Positions 29,123-39,370 are shown, numbered from the stretch's first letter. The stretch is 64,000 bases of DNA from an uncultured Methylomirabilota bacterium (GCA_963705305.1 OY970067.1:992001-1056000); one strand, 5' to 3'. Numbers and translations: made by a program. Notes: generated by a model from the letters alone, not told the origin.

Positions 29123-29859
29123 CGGCTTTCTCCTTCCGCCGCCAGGATATCGATCAGGTGCATGGCGCGGATGGGTGAGCCCGCCTTGCGCAGTCCGCCC
29201 GCGATATTCATCAGGCACCCGGCGTCGCAGGCGACGACGACCTCGGCCCCGCTGGCCTGGATGGAGCGGACCTTGGCCTCCATCATGGCCCGGCTGACCT
29301 CGGGGTAGACGACGCTGAAGACGCCGCCGAATCCGCAGCAGGTCTCCTCGGTGGACAGCGGCAGGAGGGTGAGGCCGCGCACCTGACGTAAGAGCGCCTT
29401 GGGCTCTTCCCGGCACTCCAGGCCGCGCAGGAGGTGGCAGGAGGCGTGGTAGGTCACCCTGTGGGGGAAGGTGGCGCCGACATCGGTGACCCCGAGGACA
29501 TTCACCAGGAACTGGGTGAATTCGAGCGTCCGCTCCGCGGCATCCCGGGCCTGCCGGTGCTCGGGGGTGCCCGGAGGGAAGAGCTCCGGATAGTGGTGGC
29601 GGACCATGTCCACGCAGGAGCCCGACGGCGACACGATATACCCGTCGGTCCCGCCGAAGGTGCGCAGCCACTGCCGCGCCAGGTCCCGCGCCTCTTTCCG
29701 GAAGCCGCTGTTGAAGAAGGGCTGGCCGCAGCAGGTCTGGTCCCGGGGGAAGGCCGTCTCTACCCCCAGCCGCTCCAGGAGACCCACCATCCGGTGGAGG
29801 ACGCCGGGGAAGAATTGCTCGCCCAGGCAGGTGATGAAGAGCTGCGCCTTGATCGCCAC
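29119..29859 (-). CDS. lutA: Lactate utilization protein A (LutA/LldE), CCG domains
   Basis: LFITC, QTCCGQP, YHASCH and CCGFGG. Confidence 0.93.
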   Translation of the reverse strand: MAIKAQLFITCLGEQFFPGVLHRMVGLLERLGVETAFPRDQTCCGQPFFNSGFRKEARDLARQWLRTFGGTDGYIVSPSGSCVDMVRHHYPELFPPGTPEHRQARDAAERTLEFTQFLVNVLGVTDVGATFPHRVTYHASCHLLRGLECREEPKALLRQVRGLTLLPLSTEETCCGFGGVFSVVYPEVSRAMMEAKVRSIQASGAEVVVACDAGCLMNIAGGLRKAGSPIRAMHLIDILAAEGESR

Positions 29860-29961
29860 GCCGATCCTTTCCGTTCGAGGCCGACCCCCTCCGGATCTTC
29901 TCCCTTCAGGAAAGATCGCAATAGCCGACGAGAGGCGAGCGCCCGGCCGCGCCGCACTTTC

Positions 29962-31239
29962 CTAGGCGCGGCCGGCCGAGGCCCGGTCCAGAAGCTGGCT
30001 CACGTGCTGGACCTGAACGGCCAACCCCTTCTTCCGGACCCCGTAGGACAGATGCATCATGCAGGCGGGGCACTCGGTGGCCAGGATCGTGGCGCCGGTC
30101 TTCTCCACGTTCCCCATCTTCCGGTCCAGGACCCCGGCGGCCTCGGTGTGGTGCAGGAACGTGTAGCTTCCCGCGGCGCCGCAGCACCAGTCCGATTCGG
30201 GCAGCTCCTTGTAGGTCAAGCCGGGGATGGACTTGAGGAGCTGGCGCGGCTGCGCCGTGATCTTGGAGTACCTGTTCGAAAGATGACATGGATCGTGATA
30301 GGTGACCACGCCCTCCAGCGCTGCCAGTGGACCGTTCACGCCCAGCGCTATCAGAAATTCGCTGAAGCTCTTGATCTTCCCGGACAGGGCCTCGGCCCGC
30401 TCCGCGTACGCCGGATCCCCCTTGAGCAGGCTGCCGTATTCTTTGAGATGGCTGCTGCAGCTCCCGCACTCGGACAGGATGGCGTCAAAGCCCATGGCCG
30501 GGGCGAGGCGCTCCACATTCCGCCGCGCGATGTCCCGCGCCGCATCCAGGTCGCCGTACGCATGCGCCGGCCGGCCGCAGCAGGTGTTGTTGAGGATGGT
30601 GATCGAGCAGCCCGCCCGCGCCAGCACGCGCAGCGTCGCCTCGACCACATCGGGATACTGGAAGCTCAGGCCGCAGGAGACGAAGTAGCCGATCCTGGCC
30701 TTGGACTTGGCCGGCTCGGCCCCCAGGCTCCGCTCGCCGCGTCGGAAGGGCTGCGCCGGCAGGCTGGGCACGATGTCGGCCGTCCCGTGCAGGCGCCCGT
30801 CCACCAGCTTCATGGCCCCGCTCTTCTCGGCCAGGCTGGCCAGGCCCGTCCGCTTGGCCCACACGGCCATGCGCCCGGCCCACTCCAGCTTCGTGCTGTC
30901 GGCCAGGACCGACCGGAACAAGATCCGCTGCCACATCGGCTGGCCCTGCCGGTTGAGGTAGGCATGCCGGATCGCGGTGACGATCTCGTCGGTCTTCAGG
31001 GCCGGGAAGCAGTGGGCGGTGCAGCCGCGGCAGAGGAGGCAGTCCTCCAGGGCGTGCATGACGTCCGGCGTCAGATCCAGATCGCCCAGCATCAGGCCCC
31101 GGGCAATGGCCAGGCGGCCGCGCGACAGCGAATGCTCCTCGCCCGTCACCCGGAACACCGGGCAGCCGGCCTGGCAGAAGCCGCAGTGATTGCACTTCGC
31201 GATCAGCTCGTGCAGGGGCAGCAGCTCTGGGATGGCCAT
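29962..31239 (-). CDS. glcF: Glycolate oxidase Fe-S subunit
   Basis: CNHCGFCQAGCP, CLLCRGC, CCG, YHDPCHL and CCGAAG. Confidence 0.85.
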   Translation of the reverse strand: MAIPELLPLHELIAKCNHCGFCQAGCPVFRVTGEEHSLSRGRLAIARGLMLGDLDLTPDVMHALEDCLLCRGCTAHCFPALKTDEIVTAIRHAYLNRQGQPMWQRILFRSVLADSTKLEWAGRMAVWAKRTGLASLAEKSGAMKLVDGRLHGTADIVPSLPAQPFRRGERSLGAEPAKSKARIGYFVSCGLSFQYPDVVEATLRVLARAGCSITILNNTCCGRPAHAYGDLDAARDIARRNVERLAPAMGFDAILSECGSCSSHLKEYGSLLKGDPAYAERAEALSGKIKSFSEFLIALGVNGPLAALEGVVTYHDPCHLSNRYSKITAQPRQLLKSIPGLTYKELPESDWCCGAAGSYTFLHHTEAAGVLDRKMGNVEKTGATILATECPACMMHLSYGVRKKGLAVQVQHVSQLLDRASAGRA

Positions 31240-31260
31240 TAAACTCTCCTGAGCGAATGC

Positions 31261-31350
31261 AAAACCGACAACCGACAAGTGATAACCGGTCAACGAAGAG
31301 CCGATCGGCCGGTGACTTTTCAGTTGTTCGGTTGTCGGTTGTCGGTTTTT
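31261..31350. repeat. Inverted heptamer (AACCGAC)n tandem repeats
   Basis: AAAACCGACAACCGACAA ... TTCGGTTGTCGGTTGTCGGTTTT in the glcE-glcF spacer. Confidence 0.65.
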
Positions 31351-31366
31351 CCTTTCGCCTTCCCTG

Positions 31367-32719
31367 TCAGATTCCCCCGACGAAGCGTCCCGGGCTCAGG
31401 ATGCCGGCCGGGTCGAACTCCGCCTTCAGGCGCCGCATGACGGCCAGCGCCTCCCCCGGTTTTCCCCAGGCCTCGAGGTGGCGCTTGACGGCCAGGGGGG
31501 CCGCTTCCACGACCAGGCTCCCTTCGGCCGCTTCGGCCTCGCGTCGCAAGGCCTCGATCCCATCCCGCACCAATTCCGGCGGGGTTCCGGCCGTGAGGCC
31601 GCAGGCCGCCCGGACGACCCCGCTCCCCGCATGGGCCGCGATCGCGCCGCGCCACCCGTGGCGGCGCAGCAGATCCTCCGCCCTGGCGACGAACGCAAGG
31701 GTCTGGCTGATGGGCACGCCGATCTTCAGGCTGAGCCGCTCTGCCGCTCCGACCGCCCGATCCAGAACATCGCGGATCTCGCCCCAGGCGGCCGGGCTCT
31801 GCTCCGCGGCCAGGGTCGAGGTCTTCACGGCCCGCCCCTCCACGAACACCTGGGCGAAATCGCGGACCTGCCGCGCCACGGTGGCGGGGGTGCCGGCCAG
31901 CGAGACGGCCACCCCATACCCACGCGATCCGGTCAATCCCAGACTGGCAACCCCCGCCAAGGCCGGCGCGTCCAGCAGCTCCATAGCCTCGGGCAGGAGA
32001 AACGACCCCAGGGTGCGCGTGACGACGGCCGCCGCCTGGCCGAGATCCGGAAACACCGCTGCGATCGTGGCGCGGGTTGCCGGCATCGGCAGCAGCTTGA
32101 AGGTCACCTCCGTGATGAGCCCCAGCGTCCCGAGGCTGCCGATGAACAGTTTATTCATGTCGTAGCCCGAGACGTTCTTGATCACCTTGCCCCCGCAGCG
32201 GACCCGCTCCCCGGTCGGCAGGACGACCCGCATGCCCAGCACCCAGTCGCGGGCCGTCCCGTACAGAAGCCGGCTGGGCCCGCTGGCGCTGGTTGCGATC
32301 ACCCCTCCCACCGTCCGCCGGGCCATCCCGGGCGGATCCAGCGGGAGAAATTCCCGCTCCGCCGCGAGCGCCCGCTCGAGGTCCCCGAGGCGCACCCCGG
32401 CTTCCGCCGCGACAACCAAGTTCGCCGCGTCGAATTCCACGATTCGCGCCAGTCGGTCCAGGCAGATCACGACGTCCAGCCGAGCCGGAGGATTCCCCAG
32501 CCCCACGGTCGACCCGCCGCCCCAGGGGGCGACGGCCGCCTCGGCCGACCCGCATGCCGCCACCACGGCCGCCACCTGCTCTTGCGTGCCGGGATGCACC
32601 ACGAGCTGCGGCGCGACACCGTCCACGGCATAGGCGGCAGCCTCCGGTCCGGCGGCGAGGTGCTCCCCGCCGGCGATCTCGGATACCTGCCGCTGCAGTC
32701 CCTCCAGCTCACGCAGCAT
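31367..32719 (-). CDS. glcE: Glycolate oxidase FAD-binding subunit
   Basis: LPLDPP, GGKVIKNVSGYDM.KLFIGSLGTLG and FDPAGILSPG. Confidence 0.88.
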   Translation of the reverse strand: MLRELEGLQRQVSEIAGGEHLAAGPEAAAYAVDGVAPQLVVHPGTQEQVAAVVAACGSAEAAVAPWGGGSTVGLGNPPARLDVVICLDRLARIVEFDAANLVVAAEAGVRLGDLERALAAEREFLPLDPPGMARRTVGGVIATSASGPSRLLYGTARDWVLGMRVVLPTGERVRCGGKVIKNVSGYDMNKLFIGSLGTLGLITEVTFKLLPMPATRATIAAVFPDLGQAAAVVTRTLGSFLLPEAMELLDAPALAGVASLGLTGSRGYGVAVSLAGTPATVARQVRDFAQVFVEGRAVKTSTLAAEQSPAAWGEIRDVLDRAVGAAERLSLKIGVPISQTLAFVARAEDLLRRHGWRGAIAAHAGSGVVRAACGLTAGTPPELVRDGIEALRREAEAAEGSLVVEAAPLAVKRHLEAWGKPGEALAVMRRLKAEFDPAGILSPGRFVGGI

Positions 32720-34109
32720 GAGCCACCTCCTGCGGGGCGGGGAACATCTTGCCGGGGTTGGCGAGGTTTCGGGGATCGAAGGCCTGCTTCACCTTCAGCT
32801 GAGCCCGGATATCGTCGTCGGTGAAGACGAGGCGCATGGACTCGATCTTCTCCAGGCCGACGCCGTGCTCGCCGCTGATGGTGCCCCCCAGCTCCACGCA
32901 CAGCCGGAGGATCTCCATCCCGGCCCGCATGACGCGGCCCTTCTGCTCTGCATCTCGCCAGTCGAAGAGGATCAGCGGGTGCAGGTTGCCGTCCCCGGCG
33001 TGGAACACGTTGGGGATCTGGAGGTCGTACTTCTTGCCGACCTCGGCCACCTTCTTCAGGACCGCGGGCAGGGCCGTGCGGGGGACCGTCCCGTCGCAGA
33101 CCAGGTAGCTGGGGGTGATCCGGGCCACCGCGCCGAACGCGCCGCGCCGGCCGGCCCACAGTGCGGCCCGCTCGGCCTCGTCTTTCGCCACCCGGACCTC
33201 GCGGGCCCCGTGGGCGCGGCACAGGTCGGCGATGGATTGCGCTTGCGCCTCCAGGTCATCCTCAAGCCCGTCCACCTCGATGAGGAGGACGGTCGCACAG
33301 TCCAGGGGAAAGCCGCAGGGCATCGACGCCTCCACCGCCTTGATGACCAGCTGGTCCATCATCTCCAGCGTGGCGGGGACCATGCCGGCGCCCACGATGG
33401 CCGACACCGTCTCGCTGCCCGCCTCGAGGCTATCGTAGATGGCCAGCAGCGTCTTGACCGCTTCCGGCAACCGCACAATGCGGGTCACGATCTCCGTGCA
33501 GATTCCCAGGGTCCCCTCGCTCCCCACGAAGACCCCGGTAAGATCATAGCCGGGGGCGTCCGGCGCCTTGCCGCCGGTCCGGACGATCCGGCCGTCGGGG
33601 AGGACCAGGGTAAGCCCGAGGACATGGTTCGTGGTGACGCCGTACTTGAAGCAGTGGGGGCCGCCGGAGTTTTCGGCCACGTTGCCCCCCAGCGTGGCGG
33701 CCTTCTGGCTGGCGGGATCGGGGAGATACTGGTAGCCGAGCGGTGCGAGGGCGTTGCCGAATTCCAGATTGAAATGACCCGGCTGGACGCGGGCCCGCAA
33801 ATTGGGGAGGTCCACCTCCAGGATGCGGTTCATGCGGATCATCTCCAGGACGACGCCGCCCCGGAACGGAATCGTGCCCCCCGACAGATTCGTGCCCCCG
33901 CCCCGCGGCACGAAGGGAACCCCGTGCTTGTTGCAGGCGGTGACCACCCTGGCGACCTCTTCGGTGGTGCCCACGAAGACGACCGCATCGGGGCGCCGCT
34001 CTTCCAGATAGGCGTCGTACTTGTAGAGGTGGAGATCCACGCCCGAGTCCTTGACATTCGCCTTGCCAACGATTTGTCGGAGCTCGGCCACGAGCGTTCG
34101 TGTTTCCAT
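32709..34109 (-). CDS. glcD: Glycolate oxidase subunit GlcD
   Basis: RGGGTNLSGG, PDPAS, ENSGGPHCFKYG, HAGDGNLHP and GEHGVG. Confidence 0.92.
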   Translation of the reverse strand: METRTLVAELRQIVGKANVKDSGVDLHLYKYDAYLEERRPDAVVFVGTTEEVARVVTACNKHGVPFVPRGGGTNLSGGTIPFRGGVVLEMIRMNRILEVDLPNLRARVQPGHFNLEFGNALAPLGYQYLPDPASQKAATLGGNVAENSGGPHCFKYGVTTNHVLGLTLVLPDGRIVRTGGKAPDAPGYDLTGVFVGSEGTLGICTEIVTRIVRLPEAVKTLLAIYDSLEAGSETVSAIVGAGMVPATLEMMDQLVIKAVEASMPCGFPLDCATVLLIEVDGLEDDLEAQAQSIADLCRAHGAREVRVAKDEAERAALWAGRRGAFGAVARITPSYLVCDGTVPRTALPAVLKKVAEVGKKYDLQIPNVFHAGDGNLHPLILFDWRDAEQKGRVMRAGMEILRLCVELGGTISGEHGVGLEKIESMRLVFTDDDIRAQLKVKQAFDPRNLANPGKMFPAPQEVAHAA

Positions 34110-34161
34110 GGCGTCCCTGTATCCTCCCGCCCCGGCCTCGGGGGCCAGCCGGTTCACTCCT

Positions 34162-34518
34162 TCATCGCAGGCATCTCGGGCGTGGATGTTCGCCTGTCGT
34201 TCCGCTGGCGCATTCCGGATGGCAGGCGGGCCGACCCCCGGCCACGGGAATCAGGATGGAGAGGGCGTCCCCGCTCTGCACTAGCGTCTCCAGGCCCTGC
34301 AAGGCGCGGATGTCCCGCCCGTTCAGCTCGACAAACAGGTAGGCGAGGAGGCCGCCTGTCCCCCCATCGAACAGGCGGCCCTTCAACCCGTCGTGCGCGG
34401 CCACCAGATCCTCCAGCACGGTCCGCACCGTGGCCCCCGGCGCGACGTCGAGCTGCACCGATTGCCGCCCCATGATTCGGGCCAAGTCGAACATCGTGCG
34501 GACCGTCACCGTCGGCAT
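34162..34518 (-). CDS. moaD: MoaD/ThiS ubiquitin-like protein with a 23-aa extension after GG
   Basis: LNGRDI...L.T.VQSGD...IPVAGG followed by RPACHPECASGTTGEHPRPRCLR; directly downstream of aor. Confidence 0.8.
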   Translation of the reverse strand: MPTVTVRTMFDLARIMGRQSVQLDVAPGATVRTVLEDLVAAHDGLKGRLFDGGTGGLLAYLFVELNGRDIRALQGLETLVQSGDALSILIPVAGGRPACHPECASGTTGEHPRPRCLR

Positions 34519-34541
34519 GCCGCCTCTCCTGTTGCCACCCG

Positions 34542-36410
34542 TCAGGCGCGCGGCAGATCCGCCACCAGGGCCTCCAGGCCCAGGGCCTTCAGCCGCTCCG
34601 GCGTCGGCACCCCCCGGGCGTCCCAGCCGTGCAGGCTGTAGTACTCGTCCAGCATGACGTCCCGGTCCTCCGGTGAGATGCGGTGCCCTTGAGAGGCGCC
34701 TGTCTTCAGCGGCTCCATCAGCAGGCGATCCGGCAGGGTGTCGTCCGCCCGGGTGAGCCCGGCGCGGAGGTTCCAGACCCGGGCCATGTTGGTGAGCCGC
34801 TCGCCCACCCGCACCACCTCTTCGGGGGTCACGTTGTAGCCCTGGGCCGCACGCCAGAGATCGGCGACGACCGTGGGTCCCAGGTTTTTGGGGAGGAGGG
34901 CCAGGCGGACGACGAACGTGCAAAGCATGGCGGAATCCTTGACGGAGGCTCCCACGTCCTGGTTGAAGATGGTGAGGGCGGCCTTCCCCTCGATAGCCAG
35001 GCGATCCACGGCCTGGGGCACGGGGATGCCGAACACCTCCTGCTCCGAGTGGCCGCGGGAATGGTCCGCGCCGGTATAGGCGGTCATGTAGTTGAGGCCC
35101 ATGGCCTTGAGGCCGCGGGGGTCGTAGCCCGGAAACTCCAACCCCTTGACGTGCATGGCGTACTTGGGGGCTTCTCCGCCGATGCGCTCGGCGGCCCGCT
35201 TGCTCCCTTCGGCGAGAAGGTCGCCCACTCCCTCGCGGTAGGCGATCTTCCGCAGGAGCGCGACCGCCGCCTCATGGTTGCCGAACTTGAGGTCGAGGCC
35301 GTCCACATCCCCCCGCGTGAGGATCCCCCGCTCGTACAGCTCCATGGCCATGGCCACCGTCGCCCCGAAGGAGACGGTGTCCAGCCCCAGCTCGTCACAG
35401 AGGCGGTCCATGGCGATGCAGGCGCCCATGTCCGTGATGCCCATGTCACTTCCCAGGGAGTAGAGCGACTCGAACTCGGGCCCTTCGCTGGCATAGCCGG
35501 CATACGGCCCCGAGGAGACCGCCCGCACCTGGGCGGCCAGGACGGGGCACTGGTCGCAGGCGAAGTGGCGAACCCGGAATCCGGTGCCCGCCTGGGCGCC
35601 GATGGTCAGGTACTTTTCGTCCGCCGGCTCCTGGAAGTTCAGGGCCGGCATGTCCCCTTGTTTGACGGTCAGCTCCACGTTGCCGGCCGTGCCGAAGTTC
35701 CGGAAGCGGCTGTACAGCGCCGGGCTCTCCTTCATGGCCGTATGGAGGATCTTCACCGCCTCCTTGAATGCCGCCGAGTCGGCCAGGGGTGGGACCTTCT
35801 GGCTGCCGCGCACCGCGATGGCCTTCAGGTTCTTGGCCCCCATCACCGCGCCCAGGCCCTTCCGCCCGGCGGCCCGGCGCTCGTTGATGATGGCGGCGTA
35901 CCTGACCAGGCGCTCGCCGCCCGGGCCGATGCACGCGATGCGGATGTTACCGTCGTGGAGCGCCTGCTGCATGTAGAACTGGGTATCGATGGTGTTGAGC
36001 CCCCAGTAGTCCTGGGCGTCGCGGATCTCCGCTTTGCCGTCGTCGATCCAGAGGTATGCGGGGGCCTCGGCCTTCCCCTCCACGATGACGGCCTGCACGC
36101 CGGTCGCCCGCAGCTCGTTGGGGAAAAAGCCTCCGGAGTTGGAGTAGCCCACCGTTCCCGACATCGGCGACTTTCCCACGAAGGCCACGCGGCTGGTGAC
36201 CGGCGCCGATGTCCCGGCCAGGAAGCCCAGGCTCGCGATCAGCTTGTTGTCCGGGCCCAGCGCGTCTACGCGGGGGTCCACCTCGTCGTATAGGAGCTTG
36301 ATGGCCGCGGCTGCCCCGCCCATGAACCGCCGGGACAGGGTCTCCGGGTACGGCTCCTCCGTGATCTGTTTGGTGGTAAGGTTCACCCGCAGGATCTTCC
36401 CCATGATCAT
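34542..36410 (-). CDS. aor: Tungsten-dependent aldehyde:ferredoxin oxidoreductase
   Basis: GKILRVNLT, KSP, GRKGLGAVMGAKNLKA, CDQC, GPEFES, DELGLD and YYSLHGWD. Confidence 0.92.
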   Translation of the reverse strand: MIMGKILRVNLTTKQITEEPYPETLSRRFMGGAAAAIKLLYDEVDPRVDALGPDNKLIASLGFLAGTSAPVTSRVAFVGKSPMSGTVGYSNSGGFFPNELRATGVQAVIVEGKAEAPAYLWIDDGKAEIRDAQDYWGLNTIDTQFYMQQALHDGNIRIACIGPGGERLVRYAAIINERRAAGRKGLGAVMGAKNLKAIAVRGSQKVPPLADSAAFKEAVKILHTAMKESPALYSRFRNFGTAGNVELTVKQGDMPALNFQEPADEKYLTIGAQAGTGFRVRHFACDQCPVLAAQVRAVSSGPYAGYASEGPEFESLYSLGSDMGITDMGACIAMDRLCDELGLDTVSFGATVAMAMELYERGILTRGDVDGLDLKFGNHEAAVALLRKIAYREGVGDLLAEGSKRAAERIGGEAPKYAMHVKGLEFPGYDPRGLKAMGLNYMTAYTGADHSRGHSEQEVFGIPVPQAVDRLAIEGKAALTIFNQDVGASVKDSAMLCTFVVRLALLPKNLGPTVVADLWRAAQGYNVTPEEVVRVGERLTNMARVWNLRAGLTRADDTLPDRLLMEPLKTGASQGHRISPEDRDVMLDEYYSLHGWDARGVPTPERLKALGLEALVADLPRA

Positions 36411-36844
36411 GGTACGTCCTCCTTTTCTCTCGCCCCCGGCCGCCTTCCCGGCCGCGGGACGCTGCCCTGCCTACTCTCGCGCAGGTTGCGCCTCGGCTCG
36501 TGCTGTTACCGATTCGCACCAGACGCCCGATCGGACACCCCACTGTCTTTTCACGGAGTTATCGCAAAACGCCATCTCCTTCGCCAACGGCAGGCGGAAG
36601 GCAAACATCGTCCCCCGGGACACCCGGGTTGCGCTCCCAATCTACATTCTCTCTCTGCAAGGAGGTATACGTCCCGCAGGTCAAGATCGTCAAGTGAATC
36701 GTTTCGCCCGCATCCCGCCCGAGCGCCCGTGCCGGTGAGGGGGGCAATGCAGGGCCCTCCCGGCTGCACCATATCTGTCAGGACACGATCAGAGCGGTGC
36801 CGGGGGACGGGCGGCCCGTCCCCCGGCTCGGCCGACCTACCAGC

Positions 36845-38656
36845 TCATGGAACAGGCGGGATCGGGATCATGCCCGGGAACACATACGCCTGCAGGAAAC
36901 AGATCAGGCCGATCACCGCGGCACCAGCGACGGAATGCCAGAAGACCGTGCGGAAGATCGGCCCCATGGCGTGCGACCGCTCGTAGGGATCGTCGTAGCA
37001 GGCGGCGCAGGCGACCATGATGGACTGAGGGTCGATCATCTTGCCCATGACCCCGCCGGTGGAGTTCGTGGCGGAGATCAGGACCTCGTTCAGGTGCAGC
37101 TGCTGCGCGGTGATCCGCTGCAGGTTGCCGAACAGCGCGTTCGAGGCGGTGTCGGAGCCGGTGAGGAAGACCCCCAGCCAGCCAAGGTAGGCCGAGAAGA
37201 ACGGATACAGGGGGCCGGCGGCGGTGAAGGCCAGGCCGATCACGGCGTCGGTCCCGGAGTAGCGGGTGAGGAACCCGAGCCCGAGCACCTGCGCGATGAC
37301 CAGAATCGGGATCCCCAAGCGGCGGGCGGTCCGGGTGATGGACTGACCCCACTGGGCTGGGTTCAATTTCAAGACGAGGCCGGAAATGAGGGCGGCAACG
37401 AACACACCCGTACCGGCCGCGGAGAGCCAGTTGATGGCAAACACAGCCGCCTCTGGCTTGGCGTTCAGTGGAGCCACCGGTGGCATTCGCTCGACCAGAT
37501 TATGGAGCGCTGGCATCTGCCACACTGGCAGCGAGAGGGAGCCGGCGAAGGTGGAGCCGAGGAGGGTGGTCTTGAAGGTGATCCCGGAGAAGAGGCCATT
37601 CAGGTACGCCTTCCACTGGGGCATGCCCCAGATGGCACAGCAGACGATGAGGATGCCCCAGGGCACCCAGGCGTAGGCCGTCTGCCCGGCGGTGTATGGA
37701 TATTTCCACTCGCTGCTGTCGGTGGTCACCGTCTCCGTCTTTTTGCCGGCCTTTGCCAGGGCCTCCCGCTCGGACCGCAACAGGAACCGGGTCTTGGGGT
37801 GCCAGACGAAGCGGAGGAACAGCGCCGTGCAGATGACGGAGAAGACGCCCGCGACCACATCCGTCATCAGGTGGAACTCGTTGGTCTGGGACGCAATGAA
37901 CTGCATGACGGCGAAAGAGCAGCCGGACATCAGCGTTCCCGGCCACACCTCCCACGCCTCCTTCCACGTTCCCCCTTCCATCAAGACGAAGGCTGTCACC
38001 AGCCAGAACGGGACCAGGATGGACACCCAGGGGAGCTGCCGGCCCACCATGGAGGACAGGGTGAGCTGGTCGAGGCCGGTCACGGTCGCGAGCATCACGA
38101 TGGGGGTGCCGATGGCCCCGAAGGCGACCGGGGCGGTGTTGGCCAGCAGGTTCAGGACGGCCGACTGGAAGGGCGAGAAGCCGAGGCCCACCATCACGGC
38201 GCCGGCGATGGCCACCGGCGTCCCGAAGCCCGACGTGCCCTCGATGATGGCCCCGAAGGAGAAGGCGATCAGGAGAACCTGGAGGCGCCGGTCGAACGAG
38301 ATGTGAATGATGGACTCCTTCACGATCTCGAACTTCCCGGAGATCAGGGTCATATTGTAGAGAAATATGGCCCCGATGATGATCCAGATGATCGCCAGGA
38401 AGCCCGACAGGGCGCCGTACGAGAAGGCGGAGAAGGCCGACACGAATGGCATCCTGAAGGCCAGGGTGGTTACCACGAAGGCGGCCAGAACGCCGTAGAA
38501 CGCGGCATACGGAGCGCTGATACCGAGATGTCTCCCCCCTTGCTTGTCCCGGTGGGGGTGCAGGGCGATGAAATACAGAAGGGTCAGAATTGGGATGGCG
38601 GCCACAATCGTCGAGAGGAAGGCGTTGCCGAATGGGTTGTAGTTCTGATGATACAT
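36845..38656 (-). CDS. lctP: L-lactate/glycolate permease (LctP/GlcA family)
   Basis: DRRLQVLLIAFSFG..EG.SGFGTP, ANTAPVAFG, GSDTASN and GKMIDPQSI. Confidence 0.92.
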   Translation of the reverse strand: MYHQNYNPFGNAFLSTIVAAIPILTLLYFIALHPHRDKQGGRHLGISAPYAAFYGVLAAFVVTTLAFRMPFVSAFSAFSYGALSGFLAIIWIIIGAIFLYNMTLISGKFEIVKESIIHISFDRRLQVLLIAFSFGAIIEGTSGFGTPVAIAGAVMVGLGFSPFQSAVLNLLANTAPVAFGAIGTPIVMLATVTGLDQLTLSSMVGRQLPWVSILVPFWLVTAFVLMEGGTWKEAWEVWPGTLMSGCSFAVMQFIASQTNEFHLMTDVVAGVFSVICTALFLRFVWHPKTRFLLRSEREALAKAGKKTETVTTDSSEWKYPYTAGQTAYAWVPWGILIVCCAIWGMPQWKAYLNGLFSGITFKTTLLGSTFAGSLSLPVWQMPALHNLVERMPPVAPLNAKPEAAVFAINWLSAAGTGVFVAALISGLVLKLNPAQWGQSITRTARRLGIPILVIAQVLGLGFLTRYSGTDAVIGLAFTAAGPLYPFFSAYLGWLGVFLTGSDTASNALFGNLQRITAQQLHLNEVLISATNSTGGVMGKMIDPQSIMVACAACYDDPYERSHAMGPIFRTVFWHSVAGAAVIGLICFLQAYVFPGMIPIPPVP

Positions 38657-38845
38657 CGTGTCTCCTCCTCAGGCTGACGGAACGGGATACTGGGATCGCC
38701 CCTTTCTCGGAGGGCGACTCAGCGTGCCCCGGGGAGCTCTTGCGAGAAGAGCCCTGGCGCAGATCCCTCAGGGGCTTCACGACGACCGGCGAGGTTGCTC
38801 GTAAAAACAGGGTCGGCGTCCCGCTGAACAGGATGGGAGCGGGCT

Positions 38846-39232
38846 CTAGGCGGGATCTTCGGCTGCGAGGCGTGTGGAGAAGGCCATGTGGCGTGCGTGA
38901 GAGCGCAGACGGACCCGCTCAAACCGAGGGGCGATCGGTGCCGGCTTCAACCCGATGCAGATCTTGGAAAAGTTGGTCGGAAGGCTGAGGGTCTGCCAGA
39001 AAGCGTCGAGCCTGATCGGCTCGAGGCGCAAGGGACCCTTGGCAGGCAGAGATTCCCGGTCGACGAGGGATGGGACGGTCGTTACGGCTTCCCTGGACAG
39101 TCCAGCGTACAGTCGTGAGCCATCCACGTCCAGGAGATCGAAGCCAACAAACAGCCCCATCGCCAGGAAGGCCGAATACAGCCCTACCCGCCAGGCCGTT
39201 GAGCCTCGCCGCCACGTGCCCCGGAGCCTCAC
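38846..39232 (-). CDS. Small membrane protein (FDLLDVDGS ... DPA), putative leader peptide
   Basis: One TM segment, then DLLDVDGS, then an Arg/His-rich tail ending in DPA; paralog at 52886-53347; TTGACA-N18-TAGCAT promoter upstream. Confidence 0.6.
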   Translation of the reverse strand: MRLRGTWRRGSTAWRVGLYSAFLAMGLFVGFDLLDVDGSRLYAGLSREAVTTVPSLVDRESLPAKGPLRLEPIRLDAFWQTLSLPTNFSKICIGLKPAPIAPRFERVRLRSHARHMAFSTRLAAEDPA

Positions 39233-39370
39233 GACTCACCTCGCGGCTACCAGCGACGTATGCGGGCGGATGCTACTTCGATCGGACTGTTGCTGTCAAT
39301 ATGCTCGTCGCAGCCTATTGCATTGGGATCTAGCTTGTGTTTCCCGGCGAACAACCGTTCTCCCGGGGGC

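Noticed and set aside
27680..29671. 663-aa LutB as called by the track
   Set aside because: The N-terminal extension overlaps lutA. The true start is ATG 29122, coupled to the lutA stop.
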